From assembly GCA_905178155.1 (NCBI GenBank), contig CAJINV010000001.1, positions 14,880,142-14,944,141 on the forward strand: DNA of 64,000 nucleotides, read 5' to 3'. The notes beneath the pieces are model-generated. The model saw nothing but the letters and a program-made list of their open reading frames with translations, was not told where the DNA came from and did not search any database. This document shows positions 1 through 12,427 of this stretch, piece by piece. This DNA is from Amoebophrya sp. A120 (Eukaryota; Protista; Dinoflagellata). Position 1 is the stretch's first letter; each line of letters starts with the position of its first letter. A program made the position numbers and the translations under genes.

Positions 1-1821
1 GACGACGACGCACCGTCCGCAGCACTGTCCGCATCCGCCACATTCTGCTCTCCTTGTGCTGCCCTAGCGTCGGGTCCGTGGTTGTTGCCCCCGGTCGTGG
101 AGGTAGTTTGATTGACTAGGTTGACGGCATCGAGAAGTGAGCGTCCAAGCCCAGCCCGCTTGCGGTTCTGGAGAAGTTTCGTTTCGCTGCAGTCCGCTTC
201 GTTGATCATGATGGCAGCCTCGCAACTGACTCGGACGCACTTCGTAAAAAGACGACAGTTTTTGGAGGCAGTCTTGGGGTAGAACACCGCAAATGGCACG
301 TAAGGATACGTCACTTTTTGCTGATCCCCGTATACCCCCTCAGCCATGACCTGGGCCAATTCCGTGGTGTTCACGTCAGCCGCCGTTTTTAACCCAGTTT
401 GAAACACCGCAGCATCCTCGCCATTCAACTGTAGGAAGTTTCAAATCCAGAACTTGTTCACTAAATGGCCGTGACAACAACAGAGAAACAGAAAGAAAAA
501 AAGACCACGACAAAGAAATAAACGACATTAATTTCTTCCTCTGTAAAGCAACACATCAAGAACGCAAAGCAGAATCAGCAAAACTACATCAACATCTTGA
601 GCTCAACACAAAGCTATAATGCGGTCGTGTTGTGCTGCTGGACTACACTTTCTCACTTTTTCATATCAGCGCTGTACCACTGCCTACCGCTACCGACTGA
701 CAAGATAGTAGCTTTGTTTTTCATCACGACTGTACCTGAAATGCGTCCAACTTGGTCTGGCACTCCGCTGAAGTGGACACAGTGAAAACGGCCCGGTAGT
801 CGTCCACAGCCTCCATATCCTTCCCGTGCGCGAAGTTAACGGGGTCCATTTCGTTGCACACCTCGTCACTGCTTGTTTTAGTGTTACCCCGTGCGTGCCC
901 ATGCTTGCTGCGGTACTCACTTGGGCTCCGGCTCGACAAGCAGCACGCGTAGAATACAACGCAGACCATGATAACAGTGCCACAGCAGAATAGCATGAGC
1001 GGCAGGCTGCTCTGCGGAGTCGGCTGTCGTGCGGCCCGCGGAGAGACGCGGGCACGTCCGCCGGCCTGATTTCGGGCGGCGGCCTTTCCGCGCGGAGTTT
1101 GCGCGGGGGAGGCGCCCGGCTGCTGTGCGGGGAGGCCGCTACCCGGGAGCGCGAACGCGGTAAACTGCGGTTGAGGCTGTTTTCGGTTTTGTTGGCCTGC
1201 CCGCAATGCCGAGGCTCGCTGCAGCTGGGACGAAGCAGCGGCGTACTCCTGCGCCTGCCGTGCCTTCTCCTGAGCGGTCAGCTGGTCCGCAATGTTCTCG
1301 AAACGTTGGAATTGGTCGACATCTAGATCAACCTCTTGCGCCCCCTCGCCAGGACTCGATGCTGCCTGCTGCCCGTACTGCGACCCGCCCTCCGGCTTCC
1401 GCGCAGACGCGCGGGCCGCGCCGCTTTGCGAGGGGCCACGGGGGGCCACTTGCTCTTGTTGTACTTGTGTAGACGGTGGACGTTGGGACGGTCCACGACT
1501 CGCAGCAGCTTGGGATGGTGCGCGCGCGGCCGCCAGGTCCAGTTGCAGCTGCGAGGGCTTGCGCGATTGGTCGGCGGAACTTGGAATTAAGCTCGCGGCC
1601 TGCGAGGGCGGTCGTTGCACACCGCTTTGCGATGGCCCTCGGGCGGCGCTCTGCGACGGTCCGCGAGCAGCGCTTTGCGAAGGTCCCCGCGGGGCGACTG
1701 CATCCTGCTGACTCTGACTCGGCCCTCGAGGCGGGCTCGGAATCACAGCCGGCGCTTGCTGAGGCTCGTCGCTCAGGGGCTCCTCGGACGAGGTCAGAAT
1801 TTCTTGAGAAGACTCCGCCAT
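1..1821 (-). CDS. Hypothetical single-pass membrane protein with RGPSQS-repeat N-terminus (3' end runs off the window)
   Basis: ORF 724..1821 has repeated (A)RGPSQS and a hydrophobic segment LPLMLFCCGTVIMVCVVFYACCL. A GT-AG intron at 429..735 joins in frame (FQ|LNGEDAAVF) to an open exon that continues to base 1. Confidence 0.7.
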
Positions 1822-2694
1822 AATTGAATTTGGTTTGTCTGCTTACTTTCTTTGTGCTGCTGAGAAGCGAAGATTCAATTTCAGAGATATGAGGACGAAC
1901 GAAAAGTAACTTAAACTTGATTTAATTGCTGAACGTTGTGGGGATAGATGATTGTACTTAAAAGGAAATTTTCAAATGGTGTAGAAATGCTTCGACTTGT
2001 ATGGAAGTAGAGGCACTGGCTCAAGATCAAAATTTTCGAAATATCACCTATACGTACAGGCAAGAGTACGATAGCGGAGCTAATCATGCACACTGAAGAG
2101 AAGCGGAACGAAGCAATGGACGATGCAAATTTGCGTGGCCGTTTGGAACGAAGCAAAACACCGATGAAACGTGGAGGACGGACGAGGTACGAAGTATAAC
2201 CGAGTAAAAAGTTGCTCCAACTGCTACATCGAACTTTACGAAGTGAAATTTGAACGACAAAGTGCGAGTGGTCGACGAAACAATGCACTTATTACATTAA
2301 GTAGAAATACCAAGACCTACACGACACCGGTTCAAAAACGAAAAGGAGAACGACAACATTGTTTGGTGTGGTTCCTTTCTTGCTGTGAGCAAGCTAGTAC
2401 GACCTCAATGAAACTTAAGCTTGTCAACACAACGTCAAGTGGTCGAGGAACATACAGTTACAGTGTAGCAGAATAATCAATGCAGTCCCTACAAGACGTG
2501 ACCGGCAACCAGCTGCGGATTTTAGTTTTTGCAGTGCCGATCAAAAAGAACTTCAAGTATCGTAATGCTATGTCGTGTCCTCAATCAAGCGGCATTCAAC
2601 ATCCAATGCACGAGTCTACGCGGGTACTACGCACTAGCGATTGCGTAAGTCGTTTTTGGGAAGTTGTTGATCTTGAGCAGAAGTCTGATATATG

Positions 2695-5600
2695 TCATCT
2701 CCGATTGGCAGTGCTCCCGACTCTCGATCGTGTCGTGCTTCGCAGTGCGATCGCCCCGGCTGTCAAAGCGGTGATTCCCACTGTCGCTGCCCAAATTGCC
2801 TTGCGGTTGTCGTAAAGGAAAGAGGCAACAACGGATGATGCAGGTTCCGCATCTACTCCTGTATTGGTATTCTCTACTTCCACACAGGGCTGCGGTAGGG
2901 CATCCGGCCCGTGGTCTTGCCAGGCGGCGAAAGGAATCTCGAGCTCATCGAGAAATTCCAAGGGGACGTCATCGTTGCGGAGGTGATTTCTGGATGAGGT
3001 TCCAGAAATCACACCTCCGGAAAGACCAGCAGACCCTGCGTCTGCTGGGAGCGCATCTTCTTCCAGCGGCTTGATCAGATATCGCCCAACTCCGAGCTGC
3101 TCGTAACCAAGCTTGCGGTAGTAGTTGCGCACACCCACACCGGAGATCACCGCAATCTTTTTGCTGCCGTGTCGCTGCGCAATCGTCTCCGCAACGCACA
3201 TCAATAACTTTCCGATCCCGCCGTGCTGCGCGGAACCCTGCTTCCCCTGGTCCGCGTGCTTCCTGCGGTAGTACGACCGCGGTTCACGAAAAGAAGATGA
3301 GGAGGCTCCACCTTCAAGAACATCATTCGGCGAGACTGCAATTGCGGGGGCAGAAGCTGCTGCATCAGCACAAGTGCCGCTCGTCGATCCTACTACTACT
3401 TCCTGTTCAACTTCCAGCGTTGGATCGTCGTTGAGCGTCACGCCCGCGGTTTTGTTCTTATCGTCAGCACGGTACACCGGCCGGACTTCCCCGTACACGT
3501 GCAACTCGCGGATCAGAGCGGAATTTTCCAGCTCAGGGAACATTTCCCGCACCGCGGAGGGATCGTCGTTCAGGCGGAGACGCAGTAGGCCGTACAGTGC
3601 CCCGTTGTCGCGGTTTTTCTCGACGATCACCTCTTCTGGTGTTGTTCCACTGCTTCCGTCACCAGCCGCATCTTCTACCACCTCCGTGCACACGTTGGCG
3701 CTGTTGACGTACTTCCTAGCGTCCTGGTAGCAGTGGAAATCGTATTTCTTACCCTTGTACAGGTACGTGTCGCTGGAAGTCGTGTTTTTCAAATGACGAT
3801 AACTTGCTATGGAATCGGGTGACCCGACACTGGAAAACTGCGGTCCCTCGGAATCTGTGGCAGTCAGCAGCGTGAAGGGGGCGTCCTGTCGTCGAGTGTC
3901 AAGATTCCGCTCCTTGTGAACTTGGATCGCGCTTTTCTTCAAGGTATTTCTCTTCTCTACTTTAGCAGAAGAGGAACTCGAAGAAGAACCCGTAGCTCCT
4001 GCATCGGCGCTAGGAACTGGGATGTGTTGGTCCAAGCCGGAGAACCGAAACAATGCGTCTCGTGTGGAAGCCACCAAATCTTCTGATGTCGAATAGACGC
4101 TTCCAAGCGCGCTATTGAAAGTTCCCTTCAAGTTTGCCAGCAAGGTGGGCTTATTTTCTGCTTTTGATGCAGAAGGCTGTTGGTGTGTCTCCTGTCTGCC
4201 AGCTTCGACTTGGAGGTTGTCAGACGACAGGCCGTTCCCAGCGGTCGTGTTTGATGCCTCGTCGATATCGAATAGATCAAACGACATCATTTCTTGCTCT
4301 TCTGGCAACGTCGGCACGTCGACCGTTCCAACGACCTGTCCTACCCTTGTCGCCGTCTCCCTACTTGTTCCCTTTTTCCCTTTGCCCTTGTTTTCCGCAT
4401 TTCTCGCCTGCTTGTTTGCTTGTTTCTTCTGCTTCCGACTCATTTTCCCGTCGGTCGCCCGCTTTTCCGCGCCCCCGCCTAACCCTCGGTCAGACCCCTC
4501 CACACTGCAGAAAAACTCCCAGCCGTTGGAGGACCGGTATTTCCGGACGCGCACGACCAACTGGTCCAGCGGCTCCCCGTACCTGCGCACTTCCCGGCAC
4601 CGCGTGCACTTGCAGCTCTCGCCGCACTTGCTCAGCTGGTCGAACAGAACCTGGCGCAGATTGGTGTTCTGGTTGCCCGCGATGATGCTGACCTCCGGGA
4701 TGTCTCGAATCACGCGGTTCAGCCGGATCCAGGGGTGCACGTTCACCTTCACGTTGCACAGCAACCGGATCATGGTATCGGGGTCCGTGTCCGTGTAGGG
4801 GGTGTAGCTGCCCTCACTGTGCCACTTCTCGATTTGGGTAAAGGGCGTCACCTCACACGGGTAAATCTTCCAGTGGTCCGCCTGAAGCGCGTCGGAATTC
4901 AGCACGTACTTGAACATCTCCCAATCGGCGTCCGGTGTGGCGCCGGGGAGGTCCGGCATCAGGTGAATGTCGACCTTGAAGCCGGCGGTTTTCAGCAGCG
5001 ACACCGCTTTCACCGCACGGTTGACGGAATGTCCGCGGTTCACTTTTTTCAGAATTTCATCATCCGTATGCTGAACTCCGATCTGCACGCGCGTGCAGCC
5101 CAGAAGACGCAGACGACGGACCTGTTTTTGTATCGAAAAGGTCGAAAAGTTACTTCCGGGTATGGATGTCAATGTGATGAAAAAGCGCGTAGTACCAGTG
5201 CAGCAAATGCAAAATTACATATATTTATTTGAATGAAATTACGGTCAAACACGAACAAAATCGGCATTATTGTTACCTCGGCTTTCGTGATGTGGTCTGG
5301 TCTGGTTTCCAGCGTCAGCCCGATGATTTTGCACTCACTGAGTTCGTTCAGCCGCTGTTCTTCCGGTAGACTCATTCTCTCCCGCCCCTGCAAGTCCCAG
5401 ACACTCGACTTCCCCCGGCGGAGATCGTCTTCATTCAGGAACGTGTTGGCCGCGTAGAACAAATCTCGGCAGAATTGGTCTTGGTACTCTTTGCTGTAGG
5501 CCGACCACGTACCGCCCAGCACGATAATTTCTACCTTGTCCACCTCGTGCCCTTGCTTTGCCAGTGTGGCCGCGCGATCGTAAAACTGCTTGACCGGGTC

Positions 5601-6524
5601 GAAGTTGTTCTGGTTTGCGCGCTGCACGGCAGGCTCGGTGGAGAGGTAGGACCGCGGTTGCCCGGGTTCATCCGGGCAGTAGTAGCAATCATGCGGGCAG
5701 GAGAACTTTCCGGGCGCTGTGACGACTGTGATGACGACCACTCCGCTGTTGCTGCGCACGGACTTCTTCTTCAGGATCCTTTCCACCGCCGTGCCACGAG
5801 GGAGGACGGATTCAAAGACGAGCTGGGAGAGGGTTTTCACCAGGCGAGACTTGGGCGGCGCGCACTGGAAATGCCGCCTCGCGTTTCTCACCGCGTCATC
5901 CCAGTGCTTCTCGGTAACGGCATTCAGGAAATCCGCGACAATTTCGACACTGGTGGCGCTATTTGCATGACCATCTGAGGTACTGTCATTTGCAGCCGGA
6001 TGAACAACGTCAATCACGAGGACGTCGTCACCAGACACCACCTTCTCCTCGGTACTGTTGCAGCTTTGATGGTCCTCTACCTCTATTTCTTCCCCAGATG
6101 GCGAGTTCAGTGGCGATTCCCCCCGACTGGAGGCCGGAGTGTGCGTCGCCGTTGTCGCAGCACCACTGGTGCCTGTTGACACTTGCTGCAGGAAAGCGAT
6201 CGCTTGTTTCGCCTTCTGTTCCAGCTCGTGGCGCGCCTCATCGGACTCATTACTCAATCTCTGTGTCAGCACCTGCTCGACCAGCAGACAGAGCACGTGC
6301 CGCAAGAATTCCTCCGCCGCCCGGATCTCCGCGGGATCCTCCGCCTCGTGCTGGTACGACAGCCAATCCTTGGAACCGGCCTGAAACGCAGCTAAGTGCT
6401 TCGCCTGCGCCTCTGTCGTGCACGCGATGTCTTCCGGTCGGATCATGTTGACGCGGCCGACCTTCGCCGCCTCCGATTCCACGGAGCTCACGGCGTCGAT
6501 CTTGGTTCGCTGATCGGTCGCCAT
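2695..6524 (-). CDS. ELP3: Elongator protein 3 (radical SAM plus GNAT acetyltransferase) with a C-terminal transmembrane tail
   Basis: Motifs: CPHDCYYCP, PRSYLSTEP, KVEIIVLGGTW, GLTLETRPD, GCTRVQIGVQH, HLMPDLPG, IRELHVYG, QHGGIGKLLM, AVISGVGVRNYYRKLGY. One GT-AG intron at 5122..5276 joins ITKAE|VRRLR. Confidence 0.97.
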
Positions 6525-6754
6525 TTTTGGTAAAATCGAATTAACTCTGGAGGATTCAAAACGAACTAATCAGTTCCTCGTTGCACGGTAGGGGGTTTGA
6601 AATTTGAACTATTACATGGCCTATCTTGTTGTACTTATTAGTGATTTTTCTTCGCTGTCCCTAGGAAAATCGATTATTTTTCAAGGAGGTCCTGTGGAGT
6701 CGAATTTCGTGAAACACAAACGCGTCAACAAAACCAAAAAGTTCGTTTGACCTG

Positions 6755-6925
6755 CAATCAGATCTGATCTTTCCTCAGTGTGAGCCGATCGGGATCGATT
6801 TCCTTCTGTGTTTCTTTGAGGATCTTCACTTGTAAGAGGAAGTACTTAAACAATGTCGGGATCTGTTGATCTGTTTCGCGTAGGCGTTTTCTCTGAACTT
6901 AACTTGAATCATATTCGGACGATCT
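6755..6925. promoter_or_regulatory. GATC-rich cluster upstream of ELP3 (candidate promoter/TSS mark)
   Basis: 8 GATC in about 165 bp. Similar clusters precede the eS31 and eS4 genes. Confidence 0.4.
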
Positions 6926-7335
6926 CAGTCTATCTGGCATAGCAATTTCACTTTTATATTCGACCGATGTGCTGAAGGGATATGCATATGCCCAATCTAT
7001 CAACAAGGAACACCCAACTGTATCTGATGCTGATTTTGCTACAGTCGCGTAATGAAATGTAGACGCATTACGCTCTACTGTTGATCCTTCTTTTTCTTCT
7101 TCGAGCCTACTCACAGCGCCTGGCTGCAGAGACAAAAACGTCAAAAATCATGCTGAAAAAAAGCACCAAGTTCCTCTTTCCTTTTGCGATACCCAAATTT
7201 TGATTTTGTGTGTGACGTCGGAATGTTGGGACCCACTGTATCGTCCACATGTTCGATTAAGGGATCGATTATTTTTCAGTCTCGAGATGATAATTCAAAT
7301 TCCCTCAGTGAACTAACCGCTCAACACCCCAGTTC

Positions 7336-8116
7336 CTATTGGATTTCCGGACTTTGGTCCATTCCCTCGCTCTGAGCCCACTTGCACATGTCGATGCAGA
7401 CGCGGACGGCCATGGAGAAGGGCACCCCGTCGTTTTCCGAGTAGCCGCCGACGACAAGCAAAGCTTTCCCCGCCAGATGGTAGTCGCTGACCACGATGGC
7501 GAAGCCCTGCTTCCCCTTCCGCGCGGCGTTCATGACCAGGTAGTTGATTTCCTTGTTATCGCCCTCCTCCTGCTGTTTGCTGGGAATAGTGTGCTTGTTG
7601 CTCCCGATCCACAAGCCGTTCGGCAGCGGGCCCTTGGCCAAGTCGTGCGTGATCGCGTTCAAAATTGTTTGGTACTCAACGATTTTCACCTTTTTATTTT
7701 GAAAGTTTTGATTGTTCTCGTCCTTTTTATTTTGTGTTTTCAAACTGACTCTTCAAGTTTTTTCTGTCGCTGCCCATGGTCATGAGGAAAAACAAGAAAA
7801 TGAATTTACCTACTTATGAGCGATTCTATACCGGAACTTCCGAGCCATCGTCCTGCATGATTTCGCGATCCTGGTCTTCCGCCCAGACCTTGGACCAAGC
7901 CAGTTCCGTGTCCACCCCCAAATCGCCTTCCGCAGTAGTGCACGCCGCGCCCCAAAACCCAGAATGTTTGCCACCCTCCACCTTCGTCCCAAGGCTGAAG
8001 TCCTTGGCCCCGATGGCGGCACACGTAACGCAATTTTTGAAGTTCCCCGTCCACGAAGCTATGCTGTCGTCGGGCTCCACCATGTTCTGCAGGAGAATCT
8101 CCGCCCAGGAGGACAT
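7336..8116 (-). CDS. Profilin, apicomplexan/alveolate type
   Basis: Exons 7832..8116 and 7336..7689 with a GT-AG intron at 7690..7831. MSSWAEIL...AWSKVWAEDQDREIMQDDGSEVPVKIVEYQTI...PNGLWIGSNKH resembles the Toxoplasma/Plasmodium profilin pattern (WSKLY, acidic hairpin, PNGVWIGG). Confidence 0.85.
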
Positions 8117-8889
8117 TATGCTCGCGAGTTGAAAACGAAAATGTACTTTTATAGGTGGCGTTGAGGTAAAAACTGCTAGTACAGGGAGGTGAACGGTACT
8201 ACATCATGGTCAAACACAATTGAAATTGGAAATAATGAACATTAGAGAGCGACTGATGAAGTACATATCTTTCCGTTGAAAAGAAACAGGGCAAAAGGCA
8301 AATTATTTTATTAGTCCGCAAGCTGGATAAATGACAAAATGACTATGGTATGGCCGGGCATCGACGAAGCAAGAGCAATGGATATGGTTATGGAATATGG
8401 CGAATACAAAAACCTTGACCGACATAATTCGCGTGAGCATCAGTCATGTTTTATGATGTATCAGCTTTTATCATATGCAAGTCCACCGATTGAATTTAGC
8501 TACACGTCCGATCTCCGATTCTACCGAATTCTGAGTGATGGGCAACTGCATGCGACCGACGATGACGAAAGAGGCACAATGACAACTGACATGGCAACTA
8601 CATGTACATATGCACAGTGACTACAACCGAGATGATCTAAGCTGTAAAGTGCGCAAGCTACATCCTACTAGATCCGAGCGTTTGATTTTTCTCAACGCCG
8701 ATCTCTGTGGTGAACAAAATTGAAATTCCTGAACAACACACAACAGTCAAAGTAGTAATAGCGCGCCTGCGCATACGGTCGAGTCGAAGCAATCCCACGG
8801 TCCCGACCAGTGCTGATGAGGCGCCGCACCAATCTAAACCAAGAGCGCAGGCTATATGGCTATCGTGCTACAACACACAAATGAAAGGC

Positions 8890-10240
8890 GCCCAGAAGTC
8901 ACAGCTCATGGCAATTTCCGCGGCAACTGATTCTGCGGGCGGCCGGCGCCGGTAGGCAGCAATTCCCCCGGCGCCCGCGCGCCAATGCCCCAAAAGGCAC
9001 GCGCGCCCGCACGCCGGGCTTCGCGGCTTTGCATGCCATGCCTCCCGAAGGCCCAGGCCTTCTCTCGCCAAAGCTTCGCGTGCCCACACACCGCCCAAAC
9101 GCCGGGCCTTTGCCTTCCTTCGCCCGAAGGCTTCGGGCGGCGGACCGACTTGGCCCCCGGGCGCGGACTTCTTGCATGCGGAGCCATCAGCCCCAAAGAG
9201 ACGTCTTCCGTTTCGTCGCTAATACTTCGCCTGGCTGCGGCCAGGCGGTCGCCACAGTCGGGCAGCCGCCATTCAGCCACAACAGGCTGGCGCCTTCCAT
9301 ACCGCACGGCCTCGGTCCACGCTGCAAGGCGCTGGCTTCCCTCGCTCGGCGCCCCAAGGTTCTCCACATCCAAGACGCCAACAGGAGCACCAGACCGCGC
9401 CCGGCCTCCTCCAAGCATCTGGGCGCGCCAATGTGCCCAAAGCCTTCGGGTAACCATGGGCCCTCATTCCCCCGGGCCTGGGCAAATGGCAAAACAGGCG
9501 CAAGGGGCAAGGGGGGCGGGCCTTCTATTTATCTTAGTGGCAAAAAGGGCGGCGGTGGCCAAGCCACCCAGCGAAAGGGCCCCGCCCCATACGTAGCCGC
9601 CAGGCCTTCCGCGGCCAATCGTTCCTCCGCCCAACTACTTGGCGGGGCCCCTACGCCCGCCCTAGGAAGGCGACAGAAGCTGCGCCCCTCAAAGCAACCG
9701 GCCGACGCGCCCGACGGTCGCCACATTTAAAACTTTCAGCAGAATGCTGCGCGAAACCCCCCCCCGCAAGTTATTCATCGAGATCCTCCCCGGCCCCGGC
9801 TTTTGTAGACTATTCCAAAGCAGGCCCGACGGAAAGCCGCGCCTTCCTCGCTGTCTAGAAACTCAAAACAAGCCTACCCATGCAAGTTCAGGACATTCGC
9901 CCCAACCTACCAACCCACCGACCGAGGGGGCTCGTGCAGTCGTATGAGCTGGCCGCGGTCATCCGTTTGCGAGGACTTTTTTAGGCCGTGGCCATTAAAA
10001 ACACTGACCGAGAAAACGCGAGGACGCTGACGGAGAGCATACACATACGCATGGCCCTGCACGCAAATGCTCAAGGTCCGCGCTCGTCTCCTCGGAGTCG
10101 GACCCGGCGCGGCCCTGAACCAAGTCGCTCACCTTCAAACGAAGGCGGCCCGCAGCGCGCTCCACACGCAAGGCACGCGCTTCAACCCTGCGCAACGCGC
10201 TGCGAATTTCTCGGCGGGAAAGTTTGGCCATCTTAGGCGT
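8890..10240. other. GC-rich compositional island, probably a decayed gene or mobile-element relic
   Basis: Abrupt shift to GCC/GGC/CCC-rich sequence with homopolymer runs and only short P/R/A/G-rich overlapping ORFs. A plausible start (MAKLSRREIRSALRR, 10231, minus) decays into stops. Boundaries are approximate. Confidence 0.4.
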
Positions 10241-10635
10241 TGGCAGTGTTCTTCGTCAACAGAGGAAGCCTGTGGGTCCTCTGAACGCAGCGACTAATCA
10301 GTAATATGCAGGGGCCAAATGATTGGCGGAACACGTTCACGCTAACATAAGTACATCTGCACGTGGCGGTGGTCGTGGTGCAAAAAGTTTGCACGAGTGG
10401 CAACGTGTTTCTTAGCTAGGTACTAACTTAGTGACACCAAGACCGTCCGCACGGGAAAGGGAGTTGCGGTCATCTCCACCTTGAATTTTGAAGCAGCAAA
10501 CCGAAATCATCGAGTTTCTTTGGCAAACAGTTCAGTAGCAGCGACAGTATACATTAACATTACGCATTGACATTTAGACTCTTTATTCTCGAGCTACTCA
10601 CTCTATCACAGCGAAAATCTAGCTGCCCTGCTTCA

Positions 10636-11436
10636 CTACGTATGTACCCACGGCGAGCAGTAGTACGCCGACATGTACCCCGCCGGCGGCGAAATATCCA
10701 TTCCCGGAAAAAACGGACTCAGGTCATACGGTACCCAACAGTCGTAGAACTGTGGTATGCGCCCGTTCCAATAGTCCTGCATGTAGTCATCCTCCTCCGG
10801 AAGCTCGATTTCCGGTGGCGCTGCCCTCGACCTCCGCTCAAGATTGTTCTGCTGCTCTTGCAGGCTCCCAAAATGCTCCAATGCATCTACCGGCACGACG
10901 GTAATGTAGCAGGTGTCAACACTCGGCGTCTTGTGGTTTCGGTCGGTCAAAAACGCAGATTTGGAAACAACTTCTCGGTCGAAGGAAGTGTCTGAGAGTG
11001 TCCTTGGTGTTGTCGTGTGGGGAACCGTTGTTCCTGACCCGCTTTGTTCGACCGCTCCGCGGTTTTGAAGAAATCGGGGCTGTATTTGCATCTGAGGTAC
11101 AATAACCTCTTCCCCTGCAGTGCCGCTCTTCTCGTCTCCGATACTCTGTGCTTCCTCCTCTACGTCTTCGACGGTTGTAGCACTTTTCGTCGCACGTGCC
11201 TGCTCCTTGTTCTCCTTGTTTACTAGACAGGCCGCGATTGTATCAGCGCTTCGCAAAGTCCTCCCGTCGGCCGTCGCTAAATGAACGAATAGTGGGCGGC
11301 CAGACCATCCTCTGTGGGCAACGAACTTGTCCTGTGTCTGTTTTCGCAGGGGCCCTACGAGCGCCTTGGCCAGTACTACGGTGCGGTAGAGCTCCTCTCC
11401 CGAAACCAAATGAAAGCGGATGTCGACACGAGGCAT
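10636..11436 (-). CDS. Hypothetical protein, possible N-terminal ubiquitin-like fold
   Basis: Part of ORF 10636..11781 with a likely ATG at 11436 (MPRVDIRFHLVSGEELYRTVV...LATADGRTLRSADTI). The fold is a guess from pattern only. Confidence 0.55.
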   Translation of the reverse strand: MPRVDIRFHLVSGEELYRTVVLAKALVGPLRKQTQDKFVAHRGWSGRPLFVHLATADGRTLRSADTIAACLVNKENKEQARATKSATTVEDVEEEAQSIGDEKSGTAGEEVIVPQMQIQPRFLQNRGAVEQSGSGTTVPHTTTPRTLSDTSFDREVVSKSAFLTDRNHKTPSVDTCYITVVPVDALEHFGSLQEQQNNLERRSRAAPPEIELPEEDDYMQDYWNGRIPQFYDCWVPYDLSPFFPGMDISPPAGYMSAYYCSPWVHT

Positions 11437-12427
11437 GTGCGTGAGCTCAATTTCCTTTTCCGCTACGACTTGCCGCACGGGCAGCAAAGATGCTATGCTG
11501 CAGCCTGCCGGTTCGCACTGCGGTGCTGGTCGCTCCAGAGCAGCGGAAACTCGTGCCAGATGCTCCTCGCCAAACGAAAAAGTTGTAGCCCGTCGTAAGT
11601 AAGGCAGAGGATGCTCCCGGCCGAAGGTGGTCCCGACGCGCAGCGACGGTGGCGTCGCTGATGCGAGAATCAATGCCGTCGGACAGGTCTGATGCGTGGT
11701 AGTTCCCAGTAGTTCTAGGAACGTGAGCGAAACTGGAAAGAACCAAAACAGGAAACGAACAAAATTGAAACACGACAACATTTTTTCTCACTGACTCTTG
11801 AGCGCGGGAAACCTCGTCAGAACGTACTAAAACCAATCTTCGAGACCCTGAAAAATTCAAAACAATCAGCAAGACGAAAAAGAATCAAAGAGATCAGCAA
11901 CACAATCAACTGTCAGAACACCAGCTGATTCATTGCTCCTTCGGAATAGAGGCGAGCTCCCTTTTTTGTTTCGCTGTTTTCTGACGAGTGCGCCATCCAA
12001 GTTTATGTTCTATCGTACATGTCCAGTTATTCGGGCTGTCCGCAACATCTGCCGCCCGTGTTCTTGTAATCCTATTCGACAAAGCGATGTGCATTTCTGC
12101 TTGATTAACAAATCCTAATTGACTCAAATGAAGATTTGAGTATACTAGAAGCATATTTGACAAAAAGCAAAGTTGTTGATGTAAGAAACTGCAACATAAA
12201 TACGAATCGAGAGAAGGAGCCCTTACTGACCTTCTAGTACTAGGTCAGGCTTCTGATTTTGCATTTCAAGTTAAAGGTCAGTTTTTGTTTTGTTCATTCG
12301 GCCTATTAGAAGAAGAGACGATTGGTTTTCTGTATTATAGACACTGGTTGACAAACTTTTTTCTCGCATCGAAGTTCGTTTTTAGCGAGCGAAAAACTCG
12401 GTTCATTTGGAGAAAGTCGAAGACCGG

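Noticed and set aside
6899-7144. 81-aa minus-strand ORF between profilin and ELP3
   Set aside because: No ATG, no recognisable motif, and it cannot be linked to neighbouring exons.
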